20,000 nucleotides of DNA, from positions 57,955 through 77,954 of IMG/VR virus record IMGVR_UViG_3300008954_000034, one strand, 5' to 3'. The position numbers and the translations under genes were made by a program. The notes beneath the pieces were generated by a model. It was not told where the DNA came from and did no database searches. It saw nothing but the letters and a program-made list of their open reading frames with translations. Origin of the DNA: an uncultured virus (IMG/VR IMGVR_UViG_3300008954_000034) (Duplodnaviria > Heunggongvirae > Uroviricota > Caudoviricetes). Positions 6,546 to 14,558 of this stretch are shown piece by piece. Position 1 is the first letter of the stretch; each line of letters opens with the position of its first letter.

Positions 6546-6878
6546 CTAATCTATATTTAACCCATCAACCACATCCGAAGTATGATCAATGAATCCTTTC
6601 ATATTTTCATCCATAAGATAGGCGTTATCATTAAGTAACTTGTATATATCAGCAATCCCAGTCATAATTCCGTCAATGAGATGCGCCCCGTTATCACTGA
6701 CCGGTTCCACGGCATTCTTTGCGAGTGCAAGATCAGAGTATAGATCTTCCAGCTCCCCACTAACTTCCCGCAGCTTTGTAGCTGCGTTTTTGAGACGTTC
6801 TTTCGAGCCAGCAACAGTCTCGCTGGGAGACAACTGAGACTGAACTTCAATCATATCTGCAATTCGTGTTATTGGCAT
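6546..6878 (-). CDS. Hypothetical helical/coiled-coil protein
   Basis: ATG at 6878 with SD GAGG; amphipathic helical sequence. Confidence 0.75.
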   Translation of the reverse strand: MPITRIADMIEVQSQLSPSETVAGSKERLKNAATKLREVSGELEDLYSDLALAKNAVEPVSDNGAHLIDGIMTGIADIYKLLNDNAYLMDENMKGFIDHTSDVVDGLNID

Positions 6879-6924
6879 AACTACCCTCACAAAATGATAA
6901 ACGTAGCACTCAGTAAATGATAGA

Positions 6925-6953
6925 GTCCGAGGGTCATTATTCGACCCCCGGAC
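6925..6953 (-). terminator. Probable terminator hairpin
   Basis: GTCCGGGGGTC-GAATAAT-GACCCTCGGAC followed by a T-rich tail, after the 6988-7815 gene. Confidence 0.55.
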
Positions 6954-6987
6954 ATGGTAGATTACTAGTTATCTACTGTCATAGTAC

Positions 6988-7815
6988 TTAGCCGAGGATG
7001 TCAATGTTCTGGCTGAGGATGCTTGGTGCTGCACCTGCCTCTCGCCAGTCGGTCATCTCGTTGTCGGCGTTGAAGAAGGCTGTGCCCATGTCCATGCCGT
7101 TGCCGCCAAGGCCGATGTGCTTATACTGAATCTTGAAGTCGATGTTTCCGGTGCCCATGCTTTTTTCATGGAGGCTGCGGTATACCCGGGCGGTGATTGC
7201 GCACTCGGTCAGTAGATGCCCGAAGATGCCAATCTCGCCGCCGTGGAGCTTGCAGACGTAGTAGGAATACTCTACCGGGTTCGGTTCACCTTCTTCAGTC
7301 TGGTGGTTGCGCGTCCGGCGCATGTTCTGTTCGAACCTGAAGGTGTAGTCGCCACCCAGTCGATACTTTGCGCGGAAGGTTTCGACCGCTTCTTCATTGA
7401 GCGGCAGGGCATCCGCCTCGTCCTTGATGCGCTGGGCTTCCGCCCGTTTCGCCCGTTCCTGTTCCATCTGGGCCGCGATGGCCTCGTTCTCGGCCTTGAC
7501 CTTCGGCATCAGCTCGTCGAACTCGTCGGCGGGCATGGTGCTCAGCTGCCATTCGGATACACCCTCGCCGCCGAGGATGGTATGATGGGCAAAAAGCTGG
7601 CCCTTCTTGATCGCGGCTTCGACTGCTTTGAAGTCAACCTTCGGATTGTTTTCGCGGGTGAACCGCTGGGTCGTCTGTGAATACTGTTCCCGACTACGAA
7701 CCATGTTGAAGACTTCCTGCGCTCGCTTGCTCAGAATCAGGCCGTTCAGGGTGAAGGTTCCGTCGTCGTTCGTGGTGTAGTTGCGCTTGCTGTTTGCCAA
7801 TACTGTGCGTGTCAT
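6988..7815 (-). CDS. Hypothetical protein (275 aa) with central coiled coil
   Basis: SD AGGAGG; downstream of cassette 6. Confidence 0.85.
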   Translation of the reverse strand: MTRTVLANSKRNYTTNDDGTFTLNGLILSKRAQEVFNMVRSREQYSQTTQRFTRENNPKVDFKAVEAAIKKGQLFAHHTILGGEGVSEWQLSTMPADEFDELMPKVKAENEAIAAQMEQERAKRAEAQRIKDEADALPLNEEAVETFRAKYRLGGDYTFRFEQNMRRTRNHQTEEGEPNPVEYSYYVCKLHGGEIGIFGHLLTECAITARVYRSLHEKSMGTGNIDFKIQYKHIGLGGNGMDMGTAFFNADNEMTDWREAGAAPSILSQNIDILG

Positions 7816-7855
7816 CTTTCAATCCTCCTGCTGGGGTGTTTGTTATCCTAACGCT

Positions 7856-7920
7856 CACATGTACATGATAACACTCCAGCGAGCCAAAAACAACTCATGT
7901 ACAAGAGTTGCTCTTAGCTC
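7856..7920 (-). promoter_or_regulatory. Terminator/promoter cassette 6 (long-hairpin type)
   Basis: TTGTTT(7888-7893)-N17-TATCAT(7865-7870); 16-bp stem with three G-U pairs centred on TGTACA. Confidence 0.8.
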
Positions 7921-7926
7921 TCAGGG

Positions 7927-8154
7927 TCAACTCAGATCACATACTAAGTTTAACCCAGTTTCCGTAAGCCAGTACTCACGGAAACGATCACCCCACCGAA
8001 TACTTCCACGCACCAGACCACGCCGTACAAGTGATGTAACAGTGCTGCTCGGAACCTCGTCGTGCTGCGGTGAAAGTCCGGCACCCCGGTGCGTTGCCCC
8101 AGCCCGCAGCATTTCAAATAGTGTTAGTCTTTGAAGTTTAGTAATCCTCTTCAT
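7927..8154 (-). CDS. Small winged-HTH-like protein
   Basis: ITKLQRLTL...TVTSLVRRGLV...YWLTETG pattern typical of wHTH domains. Confidence 0.6.
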   Translation of the reverse strand: MKRITKLQRLTLFEMLRAGATHRGAGLSPQHDEVPSSTVTSLVRRGLVRGSIRWGDRFREYWLTETGLNLVCDLS

Positions 8155-8155
8155 G

Positions 8156-9046
8156 TCATCCCTCAAGGTCAAGTGCTATCTTCCGCAGCTTAGCGCGGTG
8201 CTTGTGCTCGATATCCTGAGCCTTCTCGAACAGACTCTGGTCCATGTGGTTGGTGACCGTCCCTTGAATCAGGTCGATAAGCACAGTTGGGTTGAGTGCG
8301 TCCAGCTCCCATGAACTGTATCCATACTCTTCAACGTACCCATCCGCCCGGGAGTCAGAAAGTTTTGTTGGGTTTGGCGGTGGCTGGTACTCCTCCACCT
8401 GATCATAGTTCAGCGCGATGCGATCAACCTTCAGTGCTGGAAATCCGTGCGTGGTAAGAAAGGTGTCCATGCGCTTTACGATGTCACGGGTCATGTCCAT
8501 ACCGCTGGGGTCATGGTCGCCGAGATGGATAATAACCGGTTTGCGATTTGCGGCCCGTTCCATGATCCGACGAGCTGCCACCCACATCTCGGACAGCGAA
8601 ACGTAGCCCCGGCAAGAGAACCAAGTGACGTCCAAGGGCTTGCACGCGGCCTCAAGGATACCAGCCAGCGCTTCCTTCTCAATCCAAACCTCGACGTAGA
8701 AGGGCTGGTCGGCCCACTTATCGATGGCGAATTGATCCGCACACGCCCTGACAATTGACGCCGGTCCGGACCAGTGGCTGTTCTCTTCCTTCTTCCGGGT
8801 GCGGTCTTCGATGGCTTCCCAGTCAATGAGCCCAGCCAGCCGTGCATCTGCGACGACCTTGCCCAACTTCTTGTACTCACGATGGGTGTTCGGAATCAGG
8901 TCTCGTGCCACGAACTGGTAGTAAAGCTGCCTGAGTGTGAGCTTGAGATCGTCTGCCAGATACTCATCGATGATGGTATTTGCGTGCTCAATCAACTGCA
9001 CGGACTTGGTAGTGAACCTTTTAGGCACATAATCAATCTTTGGCAT
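8156..9046 (-). CDS. Spo11/TopoVI-A-like protein (wHTH tyrosine domain plus TOPRIM)
   Basis: TLRQLYY motif, VEVWIEKEAL (TOPRIM Glu), HLGDHDPSG (DxD), WELDAL. Start reassigned to MPKIDY (SD GAGG). Confidence 0.75.
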   Translation of the reverse strand: MPKIDYVPKRFTTKSVQLIEHANTIIDEYLADDLKLTLRQLYYQFVARDLIPNTHREYKKLGKVVADARLAGLIDWEAIEDRTRKKEENSHWSGPASIVRACADQFAIDKWADQPFYVEVWIEKEALAGILEAACKPLDVTWFSCRGYVSLSEMWVAARRIMERAANRKPVIIHLGDHDPSGMDMTRDIVKRMDTFLTTHGFPALKVDRIALNYDQVEEYQPPPNPTKLSDSRADGYVEEYGYSSWELDALNPTVLIDLIQGTVTNHMDQSLFEKAQDIEHKHRAKLRKIALDLEG

Positions 9047-9521
9047 TGTCGTCCTCACGTGGTTCGAGCTTGTTGACCTGCTCAATGATTGCCGCTGCTA
9101 CTTCCGGAGTTCCCCGCTTGCTGGGAATGTGAACGGTCATACAATCTGGCCCACACATGTCAACGATGCAGCCCTCGTCCTCCAGCATCTTGACCGTGGT
9201 CGCGTTAAGCTGTGTCATCATCTTCGCAGCCGCGTCTGCCTGCCTGATATAGTGATCGGTTGCTTGCTGTGGAATCTCGTGTGGAATGGTAATCGACCGA
9301 AATCCGATGTCCACCGATGGGTCGTCAATCATGAACCAGATATTGAGATCGTCATCGATCAACTTGAAGGCTATCTGCAGGCTCAGCAGCGCCTTGACCG
9401 CATGGTCCTCGCTATCGAAGTAGAACGGGCCGTCAAGGGTCCGACCTAACTCTGTGTCTGGCAGCGGGTCGTTGGTAATGAACCCGTCGAATACGATTCT
9501 GTCAATCTTCAGTTCTGGCAT
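9033..9521 (-). CDS. Hypothetical protein
   Basis: Start reassigned to MPELKID (SD GAGG); overlaps the downstream gene. Confidence 0.75.
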   Translation of the reverse strand: MPELKIDRIVFDGFITNDPLPDTELGRTLDGPFYFDSEDHAVKALLSLQIAFKLIDDDLNIWFMIDDPSVDIGFRSITIPHEIPQQATDHYIRQADAAAKMMTQLNATTVKMLEDEGCIVDMCGPDCMTVHIPSKRGTPEVAAAIIEQVNKLEPREDDNAKD

Positions 9522-9525
9522 TGTA

Positions 9526-9882
9526 TCAATCCTCATCTGAAAACTTGTCAACAAACCCACGTAGAACGTCAATGGTTACTAGAATACCTCGATTCTTGTT
9601 TTCAACGAACTCCAAGGTGTCCTCTGCGTCCTGCTTGCTTGTCATCTGGTAAAAGCCATCGTTGCCCGACCCAATGGGAAGACCGTGCAGTCTAAGCTGC
9701 TTCACAACGTCACTTATCTTGCGCTGGACGGTACCGAGGTCTTTCTCCATCTTGCCCGACGCGGTTACCGGGTTATCTCGCGTGCGTCTCCAGACCCGCT
9801 TAAGAACCGCCTGCCCAAAGGAAGAGATACATAAGTACTTCCCTTCTTTGAGGGTGAAGATGTTGTCATTCGATGTCGTCAC
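9526..9882 (-). CDS. Winged-HTH DNA-binding protein (HTH_11/BirA-N-like)
   Basis: RKISDVVKQLRLHGLPIGSGNDGFY motif. Confidence 0.65.
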   Translation of the reverse strand: MTTSNDNIFTLKEGKYLCISSFGQAVLKRVWRRTRDNPVTASGKMEKDLGTVQRKISDVVKQLRLHGLPIGSGNDGFYQMTSKQDAEDTLEFVENKNRGILVTIDVLRGFVDKFSDED

Positions 9883-9895
9883 TGGTCGTCACCTT

Positions 9896-10150
9896 TCAAT
9901 AGAGAAACTTGCTAGTCTGGTCCTGCAGCATACGCGAAGCCTCATAGAGGGCGGCTCTTGAAGCCTCGAGCTTTGTCCGCAAACGAACGCCGGCCTCCAT
10001 ACGAATGTTAGCCTCGCTCGTTGACATACACTCCTCAATACCTGTACACTGAAGTACAATTGTATCCTGAATTGCGATCTCCAAGAAAGCTACTTTCCAG
10101 CGGATCTCTTCGAGTTGTTCTTGGAACGAGTCTCTCTCTTTTGTAGTCAC
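9896..10150 (-). CDS. Hypothetical coiled-coil protein
   Basis: GTG at 10150 with SD AAGGAG; alternative start at 10174. Confidence 0.7.
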   Translation of the reverse strand: MTTKERDSFQEQLEEIRWKVAFLEIAIQDTIVLQCTGIEECMSTSEANIRMEAGVRLRTKLEASRAALYEASRMLQDQTSKFLY

Positions 10151-10263
10151 GTCTCTCTCCTTTGTTGTAAACACCTTGTGCCTCTGTTGGGTCTCGCTCC
10201 CTTACAATTGGAAATGGAAGACGAAGGGAGTCTAGAAAGTCAGGGTCTTTAACCAGTAAGTCA

Positions 10264-10548
10264 TCATAGTCCACCCCCGGTCCACCCCATATTCCTCGGC
10301 ATCTCAATGGCATGTGCCTCGACCAACATATCGAACTTCAGTTGGGTCTCATCATCAAAGCGAACCTTGGATCGCAGACTCTCGTTCTCTTCTATAAGAT
10401 CAGCCAACTCTGCCTTGATCTTTGGATCACTGATACTCTTCTTTTTCATCTCAGTGATACCATTCTCAGTTCTGGTGAGAGTAACGTCCACCGTATTCTT
10501 AAGCCGTTTGACCTCAAGCAGATGCGCAATGACATGGTGCTTTCGCAT
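10264..10548 (-). CDS. Hypothetical protein, possibly frameshifted at its 3' end
   Basis: Start MRKHH (SD GAGG) after cassette 7; contains DDETQLKFD. Confidence 0.75.
   Translation of the reverse strand: MRKHHVIAHLLEVKRLKNTVDVTLTRTENGITEMKKKSISDPKIKAELADLIEENESLRSKVRFDDETQLKFDMLVEAHAIEMPRNMGWTGGGL
10330..10356. repeat. 27-bp perfect direct repeat, copy 1
   Basis: atcgaacttcagttgggtctcatcatc, identical to 13888-13914. Confidence 0.95.
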
Positions 10549-10571
10549 AGCCGCCTCAGTAAATTGATGGT

Positions 10572-10619
10572 TGTACATGATAAAGACAGCCCGCACAGGA
10601 TGCAAGTCCTGTACAGGCT
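10572..10619 (-). promoter_or_regulatory. Terminator/promoter cassette 7
   Basis: TTGCAT(10600-10605)-N17-TATCAT(10577-10582); 13-bp stem AGCCTGTACAGGA/TCCTGTGCGGGCT with two G-U pairs. Confidence 0.85.
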
Positions 10620-10625
10620 TTACTC

Positions 10626-10970
10626 TCAGCATACAAAGCTGCAGGTGTCGTTATTGAACTCGTAGACAGGTTCGATACTTTCCCAGTCACAAAGCCGGAA
10701 CCCAGTCTCCTCGTCCGTCCACGAGTGTTCGTAAACCTGCTGCTCAGCCTGCACCGTAAACTGACCGTCTTTGAGGTGCTTGTTTACGTAGGCAGACGCG
10801 AGCCCGAGGTTTGGGAAGCTCCGGGTGTTCTCGATGAGCTCATCGATGTCCGGGTACTCCATCCCTTCCTTCCACCAGTCTGGTTCTGTCCACCAGAAAA
10901 TTTTCCAGCGCTTGTCACCCTCTCTTGTGGTCGGCAGTGGTGGGCTCTCGACGGATCTCCGTAACTCCAA
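10626..10970 (-). CDS. Hypothetical Trp-rich acidic protein (start uncertain)
   Basis: Protein-like ORF filling the gap in the minus-strand run. Confidence 0.65.
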   Translation of the reverse strand: MELRRSVESPPLPTTREGDKRWKIFWWTEPDWWKEGMEYPDIDELIENTRSFPNLGLASAYVNKHLKDGQFTVQAEQQVYEHSWTDEETGFRLCDWESIEPVYEFNNDTCSFVC

Positions 10971-10999
10971 AGGAGGAGCTAAAATAGGGGGTTTGTTGG

Positions 11000-11335
11000 C
11001 TAAATAAGTCTCGCCATACGTCCAACAATGTCAATACGGTCGTACCGGGTACCATCTGACTCAAACAGCTTACCCTTCTCATGGAATCGGATAACATAGG
11101 TCTTATCACCTTCGTCGCAGTGAAAAATACATACGCGGAAGCGACGGGCCTTACCATGATACATGAGATCTATAGACTCTCCGCCCTCAAGACGAGTCTT
11201 ACCAAGATAGTCATGTACCTTGCCATCCTCTTTCTTACGAACAATCTCGAACATGTCGCCAGTAATTGACTGTTCCTTCTCAGGGGACTTTGACTTCTTC
11301 TTCAGTTTCAGTGGTTCACGCTTCTTGAGTAACAC
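11000..11335 (-). CDS. Hypothetical protein with basic N-terminus
   Basis: GTG start with SD GAGGT, just after the HNH stop. Confidence 0.75.
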   Translation of the reverse strand: MLLKKREPLKLKKKSKSPEKEQSITGDMFEIVRKKEDGKVHDYLGKTRLEGGESIDLMYHGKARRFRVCIFHCDEGDKTYVIRFHEKGKLFESDGTRYDRIDIVGRMARLI

Positions 11336-11338
11336 AAC

Positions 11339-11668
11339 TCACCTCACAAACTTTGAAATGTCGAGTTCCCAGCTGAACTCGCTCCGCTCATCGCATTCCA
11401 TCTTGACCTGCTCAATGTGTTCTTCTACGTGGTTACGGGTCCAACCATTAACCCGCATAATATGTTCTACAGCTTCTTCGTATCTCCCAATCCGCTGTGC
11501 CCGACCAATGTGAATAGAAAGATGGCACAACGGACAAAGAGCAATGATATCAGTTAGAGTCTGTGTCCAAGTATCAAAGTTAAAGTCCCAGACCTCGTGG
11601 GCTTCAACGGGGTGCTTAGGACTACAACCAGCGTCCTTTGTACCTCCCAAGGAATCTATTTGCAGCAA
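11339..11668 (-). pseudogene. HNH endonuclease, apparently lacking its N-terminal part
   Basis: HPVEAHEVW...IIALCPLCHLSIH is an HNH core. The first CxxC is absent and the only candidate start lies inside the upstream gene. Confidence 0.6.
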
Positions 11669-12329
11669 CGTGCCACGCTGGCTTGATCTCCCCCCTGCTC
11701 ATGTGGGCAACGTCGGTGAGAACTGCGTAGCAGGCGGGCTGGTTATTGTGCTCCAACATGAAGTTTGACATGTTGAGTGTAAAGGCGATGTCGTAGAAGT
11801 GAGTGGTGAACTCATGGTCCCACGGACTCGTCTTCATGGTCTCCAAGTATGCATCAACAACAGACCTCCTGACAGCGATGCAACACCCGTCCAGAACGAC
11901 CACAGGTCCGGGTCCGCCGAAGTAGGTAAACCCGAACGTAGTCTCGCCGTGACGGGCTTGACCGGTTGGATGCATAACAAAGCCCCGGTTCGGGCCGTTG
12001 TACATGTCTGCGGTGTGGGGTGCTTGAACCCACCACGCCGGATGGTGCTGTGGATGATAAGCTCGAGACCCAGCAACCCCAACCACAGGATAGTGATCGA
12101 GAACGATATCAATATGTGCCAGAAAGTCGTCTGGCTTACGAATTGAAAAGTCATCGTGCTTGAACACAACAACGTCACCACCTACTGTATTGAATCCACG
12201 TTCCCACGCTTGACTCAAATTGCCATCGGCGCACTCAACTAAAGTAGTTACAGCCAGATCTTCAGGGACTTGGAACTGGTCCGAGTCCCCCGGCCTGACT
12301 GGAACGATGATCTTGTAAGATCGACTCAT
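11622..12329 (-). CDS. GT2-like (GT-A fold) glycosyltransferase
   Basis: IIVP, L..AW.RG, VVVFKHDD (DxD-like), VVGVAG, VVVLDGCCIAV and HFYD motifs. Confidence 0.75.
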   Translation of the reverse strand: MSRSYKIIVPVRPGDSDQFQVPEDLAVTTLVECADGNLSQAWERGFNTVGGDVVVFKHDDFSIRKPDDFLAHIDIVLDHYPVVGVAGSRAYHPQHHPAWWVQAPHTADMYNGPNRGFVMHPTGQARHGETTFGFTYFGGPGPVVVLDGCCIAVRRSVVDAYLETMKTSPWDHEFTTHFYDIAFTLNMSNFMLEHNNQPACYAVLTDVAHMSRGEIKPAWHVAANRFLGRYKGRWL

Positions 12330-13063
12330 TTGGACTCCTGCTCTTCAAGCTGGCGAACCATGGACTGCACCTTGTCAATGACCATCTCAGAAAGCTCACC
12401 GGTGCCGTAGTCCTTGGACGTGTCAATACCCACCGCACGTGCAACAGCGGCCTTGAAACCACTCAGCTCATTCATCCGATTCTGCTGGTATGCAATGTGG
12501 TTGCTGATCGGAAGTGGTACGGTCGTCTGCACTGGGAATTGCTCCCCTTGGTCCACCGAAGGATGTCCAATTGTATCTGACTCTTCAATCGGAACAGGAT
12601 CAATAAAATCCGGGGGGTCAAGTGGGAACTTATCGCCTTCGGCACGAACCGTCAGTCTACCAAACAGCTCTTCGCCGGTCAGATGCTGGCGATCCTTGAT
12701 CCAGTCATGGATACGCTCGCAGGCTAACTCCCATGCCCCCCGAGGTGAGACCCCAAACGGCGACCCACCGAGAATCTCCTTCAGCTCGGGAATGGATGCG
12801 CGGAGATCTTCAAGTGCCTTCGGGTCGTTGCTCTCAAAAGCGTCGATTACCATGCCCATGTAGTTCCGAAACATCAAGATCACATTCCGGGCCGACATGA
12901 GGGCGTCACCAATAACAACGTCACTATCACTTTTGAGATCGACGGGGACTCGCATTGTCCAGCGACGACCACCGCGATAAGGCCCGTCACACAGAGCGGA
13001 AACCTCATCGTGTGCCTTTGCCAGCTTGGTAAAGACGTTCTGGTTTAACATCTCTTGGATCAT
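12326..13063 (-). CDS. Hypothetical protein
   Basis: 245 aa; ATGA overlaps on both sides. Confidence 0.8.
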   Translation of the reverse strand: MIQEMLNQNVFTKLAKAHDEVSALCDGPYRGGRRWTMRVPVDLKSDSDVVIGDALMSARNVILMFRNYMGMVIDAFESNDPKALEDLRASIPELKEILGGSPFGVSPRGAWELACERIHDWIKDRQHLTGEELFGRLTVRAEGDKFPLDPPDFIDPVPIEESDTIGHPSVDQGEQFPVQTTVPLPISNHIAYQQNRMNELSGFKAAVARAVGIDTSKDYGTGELSEMVIDKVQSMVRQLEEQESK

Positions 13064-13368
13064 TCGACATCCTCCGTTTTCTTTTGAATCACGAGTCTTA
13101 AGTCAGTACCATAAGATTCATCGCGAGAAGACTGGCTTCTGAAAAAAGACCATACGTCGTCAGACGTGAATCCCTTACGGTTATACAGATCATGGACTAT
13201 CAATAGAAAGTCATTCTTGGCTTCTTCCGGTAGAGGGCCAACCACCTCCACAGCGAAGTCTTCTAGTCCATCCATCGGTATAGCAACAAGATCTGGGTTT
13301 GCATCAAACTCTTTCCAGAGTTCTTCCGCCAAGTCATCTACATAATTTGAAAACTCAGCTCCGGGCAT
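13060..13368 (-). CDS. Hypothetical acidic protein
   Basis: Tightly packed between neighbours; 102 aa. Confidence 0.75.
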   Translation of the reverse strand: MPGAEFSNYVDDLAEELWKEFDANPDLVAIPMDGLEDFAVEVVGPLPEEAKNDFLLIVHDLYNRKGFTSDDVWSFFRSQSSRDESYGTDLRLVIQKKTEDVE

Positions 13369-13369
13369 A

Positions 13370-13816
13370 TTAACCCCCGTATTTATAAACCTTCACATCG
13401 ATATCCGAGTAGTCTTCAAATACCTCGATGACCAGTGGCTTGACGTCCTCCCACTTGAGCCCACCAAGCCCACATCCGAGAAGTGGAAGTGCTACCGTCT
13501 TGATCTTGTGCGCGTCCAGTAGCTTCGCCAAGGCATACAAGCCCTCTCGGATGTATGAGATCTGCGATGGGTTCTTCCAGTGGTCCTTGGTCGGGAAGTT
13601 GAAAATATAGATGCCGGACTCAGTTCTCAGCATCTGAACCTCGCCCGGCACCAGCGCTTCCTCATCGCAGGCAGTTCTATATAGATTTATGATCTCTGGA
13701 AATCGGATCGCGAAGTCCTGAGCCAGCCCCGCACCCATGCGCCCAGCACAATTGACTGGATTTACAAGGGCGGCTGCTTTGGACTTGAATATATCTCCGC
13801 GAATGTACCGGATCAT
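13370..13816 (-). CDS. Macro-domain protein (DarG/Poa1p-like ADP-ribosyl hydrolase)
   Basis: GDIF...LVNPVNC.G.MGAGLA..F...FP...IFNFPTKDHW...ALPLLGCGLGGLKW. Confidence 0.9.
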   Translation of the reverse strand: MIRYIRGDIFKSKAAALVNPVNCAGRMGAGLAQDFAIRFPEIINLYRTACDEEALVPGEVQMLRTESGIYIFNFPTKDHWKNPSQISYIREGLYALAKLLDAHKIKTVALPLLGCGLGGLKWEDVKPLVIEVFEDYSDIDVKVYKYGG

Positions 13817-14322
13817 GATCGATGCACCTCAACTTCGAACTTACCACTCGGCATGTAATAGGTACCCTTGTTGATCTTGCCGAGCCCATCGAACTTCAGT
13901 TGGGTCTCATCATCGTTGGAAATGTCCTGAGTCTCAACTGCACTGAGAATGCTTGGAACCTCGTCCACCGAGGTGTAAATCCTGATTCCGATGTTACGTG
14001 CCAGCTCCATCTCAACAGCAGCGCCGCTAGACCCGTAAAAGCCCGGAGCACCGACGAGGATGTCCAACTCCGGATCAAGACGCCGGACGAGGGATAAGTC
14101 CTGCGCCAACCACCACTGCCATGGAACCTCGGGCATCAGCCGTTCGAATCCGGCTGTGTTCTTGTGCGGGCAAATGACGCCCCAACCTTTCTCAACCAAA
14201 CAACGCTCAACCGCCTCGGCTGCAGCGATGTTGGACTGGATAGCCTCCGGGCTACTACCTGAATACCGCCCGAAGACATAGGCAAATCTCTCAACGTATG
14301 GTAGAATGAGTTTGGTGCTCAT
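13813..14322 (-). CDS. DUF4406 / nucleoside 2-deoxyribosyltransferase-like protein
   Basis: AYVFGRYS...NIAAA...VICPHKN...DLSLVRR.D...SSGA..E..LA...GI motif series. Confidence 0.7.
   Translation of the reverse strand: MSTKLILPYVERFAYVFGRYSGSSPEAIQSNIAAAEAVERCLVEKGWGVICPHKNTAGFERLMPEVPWQWWLAQDLSLVRRLDPELDILVGAPGFYGSSGAAVEMELARNIGIRIYTSVDEVPSILSAVETQDISNDDETQLKFDGLGKINKGTYYMPSGKFEVEVHRS
13888..13914. repeat. 27-bp perfect direct repeat, copy 2
   Basis: Identical to 10330-10356; translated in the same frame as DDETQLKFD. Confidence 0.95.
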
Positions 14323-14558
14323 TCAGATCTCCCCAGTTGTAGTGCATCCTTACCAGCCGATGAAATAACAATCGAGCTGTGTTTATTTATGTAGGTCATA
14401 CCCTTCTTATCGAGAATGGAAATGGTGCTGGCCAGCGCACGTGCGGCACCTTGACGAGACTTGAACTCTCGGTCGGGCCATACTTCCTCAGCAATTGCAG
14501 CTGGGCGGCTTGGTCCGTTGCTGAGCACAGTAAGTACCTGAAGTTGCAGATCGGTCAT
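14319..14558 (-). CDS. Winged-HTH protein
   Basis: Start reassigned to MTDLQLQVL (ATGA overlap); AIAEEVWP...LDKKG...ISSAGKDAL. Confidence 0.7.
   Translation of the reverse strand: MTDLQLQVLTVLSNGPSRPAAIAEEVWPDREFKSRQGAARALASTISILDKKGMTYINKHSSIVISSAGKDALQLGRSE

Noticed and set aside
6893..6915. Second promoter class ACTGAGT-N7/8-TATCAT (also near 15547-15566)
   Set aside because: Only two instances with unequal spacing, one of them inside a CDS.
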